Shown here piece after piece: positions 26,843 through 40,705 of a DNA stretch of 64,000 bases. Both the position numbers and the translations under genes were made by a program. Origin of the DNA: Mytilus californianus (taxonomy: Eukaryota); NCBI RefSeq assembly GCF_021869535.1, contig NW_026262581.1, forward strand, positions 15,934,001-15,998,000, in the 5' to 3' direction. The notes beneath the pieces were generated by a model that did not search any database, had not been told where the DNA came from, and saw only the letters and a list, made by a program, of their open reading frames with translations. The stretch's first letter is position 1, and every line of letters starts with the position of its first letter.

Positions 26843-27093
26843 AGTTGTCGTTTGTTGATGTGGTTCATAAGTGTTTCTCGTTTCTCGTTTTTATATAGAT
26901 TAGACCGTTGGTTTTCCCGTTTGATTGGTTTTACACTAGTAATTTTTGGGGCCCTTTATAGCTTGCTGTGCGGTGTGAGCCAAGGCTCCGTGTTGAAGAC
27001 CGTACTTTGACCTATAATGATTTACTTTTATAAATTGTGACTTGGATGGAGAGTTGTCTCATTGGCACTCATACCACATCTTCTTATATCTAT
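26843..27093 (+). mobile_element. ~250-bp Penelope-like 3'-end repeat; near-identical inverted copy at 54124-54381
   Basis: Ends GAGAGTTGTCTCATTGGCACTCATACCACATCTTCTTATATCTATT; its reverse complement aligns end to end with 54124-54381. Confidence 0.85.
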
Positions 27094-28579
27094 TGGCTCA
27101 AATTGTATTTGTATAAAATACACAGGGAATGGAAATCTGCTTTTTAGTCAAACTTTAAGTACATGAGTTCTTACTTGTTTTAACTCCCACATAGCAATCT
27201 TATTGAGCCTCGCCAATGTATACGTTTATCTGGTCTGTATCACTTTAGTACATGATTACAATCCAGAGTTCTTTTTTTTAACTCCCACACAGCTATTTTA
27301 TTGAACCTCGCCAATGTAACACACTCTGCCTCGGAATCAGATATGTCCACAATGTAACACACTCTGCCTTGTAATCAGATAGTGTTCATTCAATATTCAT
27401 CGAAATTACCCTTAGTTTGATTGCATTAATGATATCTATTGAGGTTTCTTAAAAAAAGCTAATTTCAGTTATAAATGGAATCTGCCTTATTTATTCAACC
27501 CTTACCGTAAATTGCTGGCGTCTACAAACCGGCCATATTTTCTCTAGTATCTACTGGGAATGTCGAAGTGATAGTGCCATTTTCGTCTGTACAAGTTTCA
27601 CTCGCAGATAAGGTTTGAAAAGTTTATCAGATCCCTAGTGGAGTTTGAATATTAAAGCGTATACACAACAATCTTTCGGTTGAAACATGTTTTACTTGAG
27701 CTATCATTTCATAAAAGCCGATTTCACAAATCTGTAGCTTTTACTATTATATTGATGTTTATAATTTTTAAAATCAATCTTTCATATATTTCTTTTTATC
27801 ACGATAATTTGTTGATAACCAATATATTCCTATTTATTGTTATCGTGTTCAAAGTGTGTTCAACATGTGTTATTGACATGTTTACCCATTCTGTTGTGTG
27901 GTTTCAGTAATTTGACGTAAAATACGAGAACAGTCTTTACAAAATATATATAAGTTATTGATATGAGTCATTGAAATGTTTAATAATTGTGATACCCATT
28001 TATAGGATTTGATACTTCAAAGAGACTCTGATATTTAAAATGTACCGTAACTAAATAAAATATATGAATATGCACTTGATCAGCAACAACAACAACAAAC
28101 AAACAAACAAACAACCATACAATCACAAACACTAAATAAGCATAGAAACACAGTTCAAAATAAAACAAGGAACAATTATATATTACATAAGGTTGTTGGA
28201 AGATTTCACACGTATTTATACAGTGGGTTTGACTTTCGATTAACATGCTTAAACTTGGAAGTTCAGTATATTTGTCTAAACCAATTCCTTTATGTTATTT
28301 CTTGTTAAACCCTTGAAACGGTTTTATTAAAAATCTACGTAATTTCATTGTAATCAATTTTGTTTGTTCACCCACTAGTTACTAATCAAAGACAAGGCTC
28401 CGGAAAACAAATTTATTTTTAGTTCACTTCATGTATGCAGCAGTCTAATTAGTTTTTGAGATACAACCCTAGTACTGGAATTGATACTAATAGTACGGCT
28501 TATCAGAATTTATAACTTGACCAATCAATATATATATATAAAGGTAATTTCCGTTTTGTCTAATAATAATGTTCATATA

Positions 28580-28720
28580 AAAATAAGGAGATGTGGTATG
28601 ATTGCCAATGAGACAACTATCCACCAAAGTTAAAATGAAGTGGATGTAAGCAATTATAGGCAACCGTACGGCCTTCAACAATGAGAAAAACCCATACCGT
28701 ATAGTCGGCTATAAAAGGCA
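28580..28720 (-). mobile_element. Penelope-like 3'-end fragment
   Basis: AGATGTGGTATGATTGCCAATGAGACAACT...CGTACGGCCTTCAACAATGAG...GCTATAAAAGGC as at 44520-44655. Confidence 0.75.
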
Positions 28721-29422
28721 TGTTAGTACATTCTGATTTTCTTACATGACGTATTCTTATCAAGCTTAATTGAAAATCGTCCTGAATATGCATGTAACTT
28801 GCCGCTGGACGTTAAACAGCCATCCATCTTCACAATCATCTTAATTCAATTAAAGTGTACTTAACGGTATTTCGGGTTTATATGAAATTTTGACGACAAA
28901 GACAAAATGACAACGCCATAGCACAAAAATAAAACGACGAAAATAAATTGTTGAACGGGATCTGACTATTTGTAGCATTGATACAGATACAATCAATGAA
29001 AACGTTGATAAGTTAAAGATGTCAATGTGATGAATGTACTTACAAAGCACCATAAATTTTCACTTTTTTCAGTCCGACTAAAGCCAGCACCCACTATCCA
29101 ATTAAGTTGGTACAATGCAATTTTGTTTTATGTTGATATCTGAATGTCTTTTTATTATTTGTGTCGTTGGATTACTGTCTAATTAAAACATTACCCAACG
29201 TCTCTTTTTTATTTGTGCTAAAAGTGCTCTTCTCGCTTGCTGCATGCAAAGGTGCGATCAGCGTTGTAATAAAAAGCATTAATTTAAGTATTTCAACCTC
29301 AAAGCCATGCCTCAGAAAACATAACATCTCTAACATTACATCTCTTACTTTAACCCCCTCCCCTTTTTTCATCATCATATTTATAGTTTTTCTTAATACA
29401 TACTATTATTCATATATTACAG

Positions 29423-29651
29423 TGGCCCATTAATCATAGAGGATATGCGGTGTACCGTGTAATAGTTGCTGTACTGATGGTAGGATGGATTGTAGCTGAT
29501 CTCATGTACGAATCTCAAAAGTTCTACCACGATAGAATATGGTTATACCTGGTATATGCTACAAACTGGAGTTTCGTGCTATTAGTACTGAGCACATGTT
29601 TCCAAGCAGTGTGTGTTATGTTTTATACTACTCGAGCAGCATCCTGTGTAG
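29423..29651 (+). CDS. rost: Rolling-stone-like, exon 2
   Basis: ttacag|TGG...GTAG|gtaggt; WPINHRGYAVYRVIVAVLMVGW...LVYATNWSFVLL; YxTNW motif; phase 0 to 1. Confidence 0.9.
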
Positions 29652-29894
29652 GTAGGTAAAATAAAATAGAAATTGTAGTTTGAACATGTCCAAGAATAAG
29701 TGTCATCAAGATTTTTTTGTTACTAAACTCTTTATTTCTTGTTTTTAACTTGGTAGAGTTCAACATTAATGTTGGTTTTCCTTATACGTGTTACTCTATA
29801 CACAATGAAAATAACACTTTTTAAATTCAGTTCGTCCGACGAGTTTTACATAAAAAAAAATAATCGCCCAAAACGCAGTATGCATTTGGATTGC

Positions 29895-29965
29895 CAATAT
29901 TTTTCATCTAAAACTTTGCTGATGCGGGTTGTTCCAGAAATGCATCTAGCGCACTTCTATCGAGT
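29895..29965 (+). repeat. Degenerate hammerhead-family repeat remnant
   Basis: CTGATGCGGGTTGTTCCAGAAATGCATCTAGCGCAC resembles CTGATGA-stem-GAAA core with a mutated core. Confidence 0.4.
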
Positions 29966-30774
29966 ATGGCATGCCAAATAAACAGATTTAAGATAATTAT
30001 TACGGATGGTGAATATATAAATTACAGAACAATAACATACATTGTAATTCAGACGACATAAGAAAACACCATGTGACAATCTTAATTTATTAAATGTTTA
30101 AGTGTAACAGAGCTGCTTTTTTCTCAGATCTAAAAAAAAGCGAAATGGATGTATTCTTCTGACGTTTCAGTCTCGTTGAAATCTCGTTCTGAAATTATTT
30201 TCAAAACATGTGACACAAGTGGAAAATATCAACGAATTTAAAGAAAATATAATAATCAAACTTAACTCTGTGACAAAATAAGCAGTAGATAAGATGAAGG
30301 TATATTTGATCACATTTGGTTTGTGATATGAGGTAATAGAACTAAAAAGCTGAACATTCAGTTTTATAACAGAGACAGTACCATTAGTAAACCGAAACTA
30401 AGAGAAGTATAAAATCTGATGAGTAAAAATTCGATCACCTTAACTAGATTTTATCGTTGATAGCCCAACTGTTCAACAAAATATAAAAACATTGCCTATC
30501 TATCAGTTGTATTCGAGAATATTAAAATATTTTTAACATTTATTGGTAGTGAAAAAAAAACTTGTTATACCCACCAAAAAAATCAAAGACAATGTCATCC
30601 GTCCTCGAATATCAGTCTTCCAGCCCTTACCAATAACTTGTTGTTTTAAATTGTAATGAGTTATGAATCTTACAAATATGAAACTGAAAACGTAGGAATC
30701 ATGCCGGCGATAGAGAAGTCTGGTTTCTGCAATTCCCTTCAATTGTCCATTTATACATTTTGAAATTATAAAGA

Positions 30775-30960
30775 AACTAAGGTTTCACCTCCATCAGGCA
30801 AAGTTGATCTTCGACTGATTTGGCTATTTTTGTAAGCCCTTTTTTGTCCTATATCTCTTCAGCTGTTTCTGTTCTTTTACATCCTTAGCTTTCAAATGTT
30901 TGGCTCTGAGCGTGAATGATGAAAATGTATCCGGAAAAGCGTTTCGAACGTATGAAAATT
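30775..30960 (+). mobile_element. ~190-bp repeat with decayed hammerhead core; homolog at 51570-51755
   Basis: AAACTAAGGTTT..GGCAAAGTTGA..ACATCCTT..GAGCGTGAATGATGAAAATGTATCCGGAAAAGCGTTTCGAACGTATG aligns with 51570-51755. Confidence 0.65.
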
Positions 30961-32233
30961 ATAACTTGTTGTTTTCTGGGGTTTTTTTTTTCATTATTGC
31001 AGAGCTTTTTGTTGACAATGGTTATCTTGGTCTGAACTCTGTCATGAACTGTTTTTTTATAAGTGTTGTAATAATTTGTGACACAATGCAGGACAAGGAT
31101 TTAAGGTTAACTTTGTCTGCAATAGTGGACGAAATGATTCGTTAAGATTTATTAACTCGCATAAGATCGTGATTTTGAAGGAAAATACCGATGCTTACGA
31201 ATGTATATAATTTTCATGGCTAATTATGACCAGTTCAACATTTCATTCCAAATGATCTACTAGTCTATTGTCAATTATTAATAATAAATTTGATATGCAG
31301 AAAACGCAGGGTTTCGTTATTCTTTTTATCATTTATGTCTGTAATCAGTATTTTTTGTACCTTATTCCTAATTTTTATACAATTATTTTTTTGTACATTT
31401 TAGCACCCCATTTTTCTTTATTTTTTTGCCCATTTTTTTTAATTCTTTATCTTTTATTTTTTTTTTGGGAGGGGGGGTTCATTCTCTATTCTGTAAACCT
31501 CATCAACAACCTCATATATCTTGGGTTTGTTTGGTCCATATTTGGTGGTCTCTTTTAAAAGTCGGTGAGATTAATATGCTACAACCAACCAACAAAGAGG
31601 GTTGCCTACTATGAATAAAAAGCTATAGAATATGTTTTTATATTTTGCTGTTTGTCTTTGTGTCGGCCCTCTCTGGTCATGGTGTTGTTTGTTTTCATTT
31701 TTTTTAATTCTTTTTCAACGACAACGCATGCAACTTCTTATTTCTTGTTTGAAAATTCTTCTCTCCGTCATGAATATGCATTAAATATTTGCCACTGTAC
31801 GTTCAGAAAACAACAATCAATCAATTCTATCTCCTCTAAAATTGCAGTACTATAGTGACTTTAAACATTATTAATTAATCGATAAAAGATTCGTTTAATC
31901 CTTTGGTCAGATATAAACATATCTCGTCACTCTCCTTTTATTTCAAATTTCTAATACAAAGAAAAAAGTATTATTGAATATCAAAGGAAGTTACCCATCA
32001 GAGATACAAGGCTTGTAATATTTGCACGCAAGACGAGTGTTTCGTCTATAAAAGAAAATTCTTCGTGATTCAAACTATTCAAAGCAAGGGATGAATGTAT
32101 TATACGCCATTCTTGTGCATTTTGAAATTGAAATAGTTGATTTATGAAAATTACCATATCAATGATAGTCCATGGTAACACAGATTTGCCAACTAATGGA
32201 CATAGTAGTAAAGTATTACTGCATGGGTTATTA

Positions 32234-32236
32234 TGA

Positions 32237-32292
<56 letters not shown>

Positions 32293-32297
32293 ATGAT
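32234..32297. repeat. Compound (GCT)n/(GAT)n trinucleotide microsatellite
   Basis: Read directly; GC-rich tract in AT-rich intron. Confidence 0.95.
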
Positions 32298-33680
32298 CGA
32301 ATGATCTGTAAAAAGATGTGTTCTTTCTATATGACGTCATCAGGCATGGTCGCCTTTTTTCATGCCGTCACAATAGGAAATTCAGAGGAAGGCAAGTAAA
32401 TTCGACGTCATAATCGGATTTTAACCAATGAAAAACTGAGATCAAACGCATATGGCAAAATTTGGGGTAATTTGCTAATTTGCATAGCGGCCATTTTGCC
32501 TTATCATGACGGCAGCCATTACAATAGGATTATATAAGCCCTTTTAATAAAAATGCCAATATGCAAATACCTATGTCGAATGAACAATTTGTTCGCATAT
32601 AGGTGAATTGTACATGTTTTTAGGCTTCTGTCCGTGTACAAATGGACATTGTCTACTCTGAAATCTTTCGGCCTTTTTAGTTTAAAAATCGGAAGCGTAA
32701 CCATTGTGTAATTGCTATATAAGATCAAATAAAATGACGTAAAATCGTAAAATAGCAAGATTCAAAACAGAAATACACATGCAAGAAGATATTGTTCATG
32801 ATTTGTTCGCATATAGGGAAACACCTTGTAGGTTGAATTTTAAAGTTAAATAACTTTTAACTTACCTGCTTTCTTAAGTTTTCGGCCAAATTCTTTTAAA
32901 AACATGATGATTTCAACCTTCCCATTTCGTAAAAAGTCAAATTTTAAGCATTTTCCCTTAGAATTACACAGCATTTTTGTAAATATCCGCCAAAGGAAGT
33001 TTTTAAAGATACATTAGTTTTAGATACATGACAGAAAAGGACTGGATTATCCGCAAAACTATAATAAATTATATTTTAAATCTTAAGCTAAGGGAAGTAA
33101 TTTGATCAAAAGGGACAAAGTCACGTGGTGCAAATGATTTGAATAAAGTACCTTTGATTTTGCCATATGGAACCACACGTTGATTAAATTTTGTTATACA
33201 TTTGGTGAAAAAGGGGATAAGTTGACGAAGAATTAGAGAAATATAGATTCTACCACTGCATCAAGTGTGATACGATATTTATCCACTCGAGACAGTTAAA
33301 TTTTCAAATTTAAAACGCGAGGCTCGCCGAGCGTTTTAAATATTTAAAATTTAACTGTCGAGAGTGGATAAATATCGTATTACACGAGATTTGGTGGTGG
33401 AATCTGTTTCTCTAATGATTTTCAAACAATACGCAGGCAAATTTATTCATTCTTTTCGAATGATCTGCAAAAAGATGTGATCTTTCTATGTGACGTCATC
33501 AGGCATGGTCGCCTTTTTTCATGCCGTCACAATAGGAAATTCAGAGGAAAGCAAGAAAATACGACGTCATAATCGGATTTTAACCAATGAAGAACTGAGA
33601 TCAAACGAACCACACGTTGATTAAATTTTTGTTATACAATGGGTGCAGAAAGGGATAAATTGACGAAGAATTAGAGAAAT
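32297..33680. mobile_element. Head-to-tail partial plus complete copies of a 438-bp palindrome-containing element; third diverged copy about 37545-37800
   Basis: TCGAATGATCTG...GAGATCAAACG...GAAGAATTAGAGAAAT repeated (32297 and 33457 onward); AATTAGAGAAAT at 33231 and 33669; 185-bp imperfect palindrome 33232-33416. Confidence 0.8.
32449..33169. mobile_element. 721-bp TIR element nested in the 438-bp element
   Basis: Perfect 13-bp TIR CATATGGCAAAAT / ATTTTGCCATATG; the uninterrupted site CAAACGAACCACACG is present in the neighbouring copy at about 33602-33616. Confidence 0.8.
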
Positions 33681-34794
33681 GTATTTCTTGACATTTTTTT
33701 CATATAAAATGTCTCGATCATTACTAATTAACGGTAGAATGTTACATGCGGTGGATTGTATATAGTATGAGGATGTTTCATGTTCTTTATTTATAAGTTT
33801 TGCTGCAATTTATATTTTATCATTTTTAACTCGGATGTTGGGCGCTTTAACGTAAAATTCATTACGGAGTTGACGGTGTTGTGAGTATAAATACATCACA
33901 CATGCGAGCCAAGCACGTTATATATCCTACCATTCAAATAGTATTCAACTATTCAATCTGTGTGGTCATGAAACATACATGTAAAATACATGATAATAAG
34001 CAGTTCTATGTTGCACAATATCCTCTAATAAATCGCTTGAATCGGTTTTTTTTTGTAAGCAGCATTAGGGTCTTCAAAAATTTTGAATCCCAAAGTAAAA
34101 ATGTACAGAGATTTGATAAAACAAATCAAAGGCGTAAGACAAATCAAAGGTGTTTAAATATTTAATTATATACTATCTTTGATATTTCGGCTTGGAAGAT
34201 TGATTTTCTACTTGTTTTAAAGCAATGCTAATAAATACCTCACAACATAAGCAATTACATGTAAATACTGGGAACATTTATCTTGCAATTCTCAGATATG
34301 TGATATTAAATACGGAAGGGAAACAAGATCAATAAACTTAACTCAGACGAATGAATCATTAATATTGCCAAAGATAAGATACAGATTTAAGAAATTCAAT
34401 TATTGTAATCTAGCAAAAGTACACATAGAAGATCGAGACATAACCATACTTTTCTATTTTCAGTTCAACTGTGTACATTCATAGTCTTTTAATATGGTTT
34501 AATTATACAGTTTTCCCGCGACGCAAAGATGTTTCTTAACTGTTTGTTTTGGAGTCTTAATATAATCATGTTATTTCTACAGCTTTATCGCGCTTTCAAA
34601 TTTTTTAAACTTTCGTATTTCCAACATTTTGTTTTGAAATGCACATACGTTGTTTCAGATTTGTTTGATAAATTTGTTATTTTGTATTGATGCCACGACC
34701 TTCATATTTAAAAAAAAAATGGTTCTTATTTCTGTGAGAAGCCTAGCAGTTCCGTTGAAGTTTTATAACTTCGAATTTGAATTTTTATGACTAT

Positions 34795-34965
34795 ATTCAG
34801 GCAAAGCTTGCCCGACTTTGGCTATACTGTTTTTGTCATTTTTGGTTTATCTTCACTTTTTTAATAAGGTTTGGATTTTCAAATATTCTTATCTCCAGCA
34901 TTACTAAAGATACAATTATTATCGATGCGCATCTTGTGCAGTCAAATTAGTTCCATTAATGTTAT
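34795..34965 (+). repeat. Very decayed hammerhead-family repeat
   Basis: GGCAAAGCTTGCC...AGCATTACTAAAGATACAATTATTATCGATGCGCATCTTGTGCAG; weak similarity to CTGAAGA-stem-GAAA variants. Confidence 0.35.
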
Positions 34966-37900
34966 TCATGATGTATAAATGGTTTTAGTATTTTCCCTTT
35001 TATGTTTATCTTCAATTATTTGATAAAAGAACTGTTAACCGTTGTTATGTTGATGATTGTCACTCAATTTTATCAGAACTTATTAAGCTATGACGTGACT
35101 ATAGTTTTGATGGGTTTGTTTTCTTTCAAATTGTTGTATTTTTTGTTTTTGTTTCCTAAACTCCAGTAAGTTTTGAATACTGATTTCACCATGAGAGTGA
35201 AACAAATTCATTTGAGATTGACCATACCTTATTTGTAAATTTTATCCAAAAAATGGTTGCAAGTTTTTTCTTCTTAAGTTGTTCTAAGATGATATAGGAT
35301 ATTCTGTATATTCTGTTGAAGGCCATACACGGTGACCTATATTCTGTTGAAAGCCATACACGGTGGCCTATATTGCTTACTTCCACGTTCTTGGGTCTCT
35401 GCTGGATAGTGGCATATAGGTCACAGGCACTTGTTTCTGTCAATGGCGGGTTACGAGTTTGGATAGTAAATCCCCCATTTACCGAAACAAGTGCCAGTGA
35501 TATTGGTTCTAGTTATTTTGTATTTGTGTTTATCAAACGCAACCCACCCTTCCTTTAACCTTTCCAAAGACAAATAAAAAACAAACAAACAAACAAACAA
35601 ACAAAACTGGGCACAGATGATACAACTTATTTTCTCAGACATCAACAATGGCTGATTAATGTACAGCCTGTATGGTTTGTGTCATCAGTTTTCTTCATTA
35701 TAAAATCGTTTCAGTCGTGCAGATATTCTGCTGACTAAGAAGCATATTGATTCATCAATTATTGGACAATTAATAAAGTCTAGCTAGGACATAGATACGA
35801 CTTCAAACCATCAAATCGGTTGAGGCGTACAAGCTATGATAAACGATATAAAATGCCATTAATATCATCAGTCGTAACTTATTAGGAAAACCCGAACAAT
35901 GATAGAGTTTTTTTTAAGAAGCTGTAATTTAGATGATAAGCAGAAGTTATTTGCTAACACATTTGACCTTTATGTGTATCATTGCATTATTGATTCGGAT
36001 GATAATTAATGGTCAAACAGAGAGTTGTTTCGTCTAAAATAATCTCCTTGAATATAACCATCTCGATAATTAAAGTATGACACTATATTCATTTCGCCTG
36101 GCCGTTCACGTTGGCATATACAGTAACTCACAGAATCTTATTAAAGGCATGTATAAGCTGTCAAAAAAGCTTGCGTGACATCTACAAATTAATTGCTGTC
36201 TAGACAACAACATTTCTTTCTGGATATTTCACAAAAACATGATAACAGATATCTAAAGATATGACAGTTGTTCATAATCTAACCACATGTTCTCTTCCCA
36301 TCAGACTTTAAAACTTAATCCATTCAAGCATTATTTGTAGTGGTAAGTCAATTATAAGTGCACATATGAGTGAAGGACACTCTACAACAATAATGGAAGC
36401 CAGGTGACACTTATGTCAGTGTTCATTGGCTTAGATTTTTTCATACATTCGTCAAATCTTACTTCATTATTTAGTTTGAATGACTTTATAGGCAATCATA
36501 TTACTAAGTATTATAGTGAATCTAAACATGTCTGTTAGCTCGATCTGGGCACTATCCACCTTAGCCTGCACTTCGTGTTTCATTTACCTCAGTTGACTAT
36601 AATAACATAGCGTAGCTCTGGAATACCAAATTAGACTAATAATTAATTAAGAGTGCATGGCATTTCACTGAACGTAGGTCACTCTATTCTTCAATTTATG
36701 ATCCGTTGACTTGGATCACTAATTAAACACTATATTTTCAGTTTTGATCGCAACTTTCCATCCGTTTTCATCCGTTCAGATGTATCTGTCTTTTTGTAGG
36801 TTGGTAAAATATTCACTATCCCTTCGAAATATTCAAATATTAACGGTCAGTATGAGCTAATGATGAATTCAAACTTGTCTAATAACGGCCGGGTACTAGT
36901 GTAGTCTATTTGCTACTGGTTTGTCCCATATACATCCTCTGGATTCTGAATGTTGATTACCCATGTAACAAAGTCGGTTATTTAACTTCTAGTTATTACA
37001 CATCAAACAGTTCAAATCATTGTCCGTATGATTCATAGTGTCAAGTAATACTTTAATCTTTTTTTAAAATACCACATTAATTCTGATCCACAATGGTCAG
37101 TTAAACGGAATAATGATGTTCACCCTTTCGTATTACCTAATATCACTCCTGGCTTTTAAAGAGTTTGTATTGTTCGTAGTTTTAGCTGTAAGTATTTGCT
37201 TTTCGCCTACACCTTTTCTCGTTTTTCGGTTCAGCTGTTGTTGTCTTTTATTTTTCTAGAGTATCATCGAGTTTGATACTTTTTTCCCATTTACTCGAGA
37301 CATTTTAATCTTTAAAATTCATAACTGGATCGTTTTTAATATATAAAACTAAAAACTATCGAGAATGGATTAAAAAGAGAGGCGAAAGATAACTCATTAT
37401 AAGTCGAAAACAAACTGAAAATAATATGGCAAGAAAAGAAAAAGGACCAAAAGACAGCATACAAAACTTAAGACTGAGCAACACGAACCCCACCTGAAGG
37501 TGATCTCAGGTGCTCTGGAGGGCAAGCAAATTCTGCTCCACCTGTGATAAATATCGTTTTACACAAGTTGCGGGTTTGGAATCTGTTTCTATAACGATTT
37601 TTAGACGACACGTAAACAACCTTCATCTAATTTATTCAATGATCTGCGAACAGATTTGTTCTTTCTATGTGATGTCATCAGACATGATCGCCCTTTTTTG
37701 AGGCGTGGGAGATTCAGAGAAAAGCAAGAAAATTTGAAATCATAATTGAATTTTGATCAAAAAAGAACTGAATTCAAACAAACCACACGTTGATTTAAAA
37801 AAAAAATCAACCTGTCTGAAAAAAAAATTCTGCTAAGATTCAGACAATACAATGCTTCTATAATATTTAGTTTAATTTAGACATATTTTATTGGCATAAA

Positions 37901-39617
37901 CACAAATTGGATAAGATACAAGTCAAACAGACTTATGAAGTCTTCTCCATTTAACAATACAATAGATAAGAGTATGCATACATTACATATTATTTCAACA
38001 TTTGTAAATTGACAGACAAATAAAGTGGCATGAAAGAAGAAAAAATAGAACACAAAAAAAACGCAAGGTAATAAATTAATGACAAAAACCGACAAACTAA
38101 CAAACAAACTAAAAAGCACTGAACGTAGATGACGATGTGTGTGTGGTATAATGTTCATTGACCTCAAGTGTATTTGCTTGTCGGTTTTCAATGAATTATT
38201 GAACACTGTTAAGACTATGTATAACGAAAATTAATATTTCAGTGTCAAATTTAGGGTTTGGAAATCACTTTCCGGAAATTGATATTCAATGCTTGAAGGA
38301 TGATTGTGCTACGAACCTTCTAAACACATATCGTAACAGCATTGGACAAAATAATTGATTGTTACGACATTCAAATATGTATTTCCTGAAGTGAGAGACT
38401 TATTATAAATCACTTTGTAATTGTCAGCTTTTAGGAAGGAGTTAATGTAAAAACACTATCAGTGATGGCAGCATAATCTCTAGAAATACAGTCTTATTGA
38501 TTTTGATGTCATTAGTTGTCTAGAAAATGAAAATAAATTGTATTTTGGAATGTGAAGGGTTGATATTATGTTTAAGCATGTCTCTATAGATCTTAACTCA
38601 TAAAGTAGTGAATGCAAAAATACATTACTGATTCAAACTAACGTGGACCATAATAACTTATTATTATCATTAATGATGATGGCAGATCTTTGATTGTTTT
38701 TGTTTATTTGATTGACAACTTTCTAGACTTTGGACTATTTAGAGCTTGACATTGTATTGGTACCTATAGCTATTCTTGGAGATTGTATGTTGACTTCTAG
38801 GTCTTTTGGCCATTTATATCGATTGTTTGCTGCTTCGTTGATCATACATCTCAATTATTTCTTATTAGTGTTGGCTGATTATTTTGAACTACTGCGTGGA
38901 TCTATGTTCCGTTTGCCATAATCCGAACCCAGCATTTTGTCTTCATTCGTGCATTTTCTACTAATAAAAAAATATATATGTAAAAGAATTATAAACATTT
39001 TCGGGGCATTTGAGATCGTCCCAACTTTTCATACAAAGTCTACTTTGTAGACTATTTTGTTTGTCACTTTCTATTATTAAACCTTAGTATTAAGGATTAT
39101 ATTTCTAATTAGTACACATTTCAATCACATGACGGTGACAAATAAAAGGGTTCATTTGGCATCTTCACAAATTCTCTTTACAAGGTTCACAATAATATGA
39201 CCCTCACGACAACCCCAAATTTCCTACGCTAGGATTTGAGTAAAAATAACTTTTTTACTAGACTGGTTGTCGCTGAGATACAATTTCCAACTACTTGACT
39301 CTGTGTCTTTTTTATTTCTTTTCCGATTTACTAACTTTAAGGCTAAGGCAATATTGGACTCACGGTCGTCTTAGCTTTTTTGTTATTGAAATATTTTCAA
39401 ACGGTGTATATATTTGTTTGTGTATCAAGTGAACTTAATTTGATTATTCAATGAACACGTGTCGTATATATGTGTACTGAAATATGTTTTGATTTATATT
39501 TAATTCGTATGTGCATCATTGCAGCAAAAACTCAATTACATGATTAAGATTTTACACTTATTTCAAGTTGAAGTCAATTTAAAAGTTTTGAAATGGACAT
39601 TGTATTTTCTTTTGCAG

Positions 39618-39746
39618 ATCGGCAGTCGTTTGAAAAGATGCCACCATCTTTAAAGCTTCAATGGGTACTTCAAAATCTTGGCTATAATTCTGCAATAGTA
39701 GTGACTATATCTTACTGGTCATTCATAGCCTTTCTTGATCATACAG
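39618..39746 (+). CDS. rost: Rolling-stone-like, exon 3
   Basis: tttgcag|AT...CAG|gtat; 129 nt phase 1; DRQSFEKMPPSLKLQWVLQNLGYNSAIVVTISYWSFIAFLDHT (W.L.N...VT..YW motif). Confidence 0.9.
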
Positions 39747-40268
39747 GTATATTACATTGAAATTTTATAGGATTTTGTAGTACAACTACATTCAAGATTG
39801 AAATATTGTTATAAATAGAATTATCTGCAATTCCATCATCGGGATGGAGATACTTGAAGGTTATATGAATCGTGAATGAATTAAAATAAAGCCTTCATGC
39901 ACGTATGAAGTGAGACGTGTCGTGTTCCGATCTAGACTTTTCCTTCACCTTGAACGACCAGAGCCAAACGCGGGAACAACCAATGATCTATAAAAGCACG
40001 TAAAGCAAAAAAATGTAAAGAATAAACAAAAAAAAAGAATAATCGATACCATCAAAGGTCAACTTTACCTGACAATGTTTCAATCTTTTGTAAAATTTAC
40101 AAAATTTACAATCTGAACATTAACTAAAGTGATAATTTTTGGACCAGCATTGTAGTATTGGATAATTATCCAAAGGCCCTTTTCACTTCGACAGCTGTCA
40201 TACGAATATGTACAAACAAAGTAAAATATATGATTTAAGGTATTAGGCATGTTTTGCATTATTTTCAG

Positions 40269-40705
40269 CAATTCTGATGACAGACATGAGTCGTTTGAAG
40301 CACACACTAAACACAGTTTTTGTCATCTTTGATTTAATGGTATCAGCAACACCTATCCGGATTTTACACATGTTTATTCCAGTCATGTTAGGATCTATTT
40401 ATTCGCTTTTTAACGCCTTCTACTTCCTGAATGACGGAACAATTTTAGAAGGAAGACACTACGCCTACAACGTTCTTAACTGGGATCATCCTCAAGAGGC
40501 TATCATCACATGTCTTTTGTGTATGGTTGAATCCGTGCTTAGTCAAATTATTTTGTACGAATTGTATAAATTAAGGCGTTGGATACATTCAAAAACATTC
40601 TTTGGACAAGAAGGTGATCTTCCTTATTCTGAAATGCAAAGCATAATGACAGAAGCTCCGAAGTATTCAACTATGGGAAAAGGTCAGCAACCAGACTTTT
40701 CTTGA
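40269..40705 (+). CDS. rost: Rolling-stone-like, last exon
   Basis: tttcag|CA...; HTLNTVFVIFDLMVSATPIRILH and YNVLNWDHP motifs of rost/Far-17a-like proteins; four exons total 918 nt = 305 aa plus stop. Confidence 0.92.

Noticed and set aside
31981-32340. Minus-strand ORF with polyH/polyQ run
   Set aside because: Produced by the (GCT)n(GAT)n microsatellite joined to a repeat, antisense in a rost intron; no other coding signal
33470-33510. CTGATGA...GAAA on minus strand (also 32315-32350)
   Set aside because: No real stem II and no stem I pairing after the putative cleavage site; CTGATGA arises from a TGACGTCA palindrome
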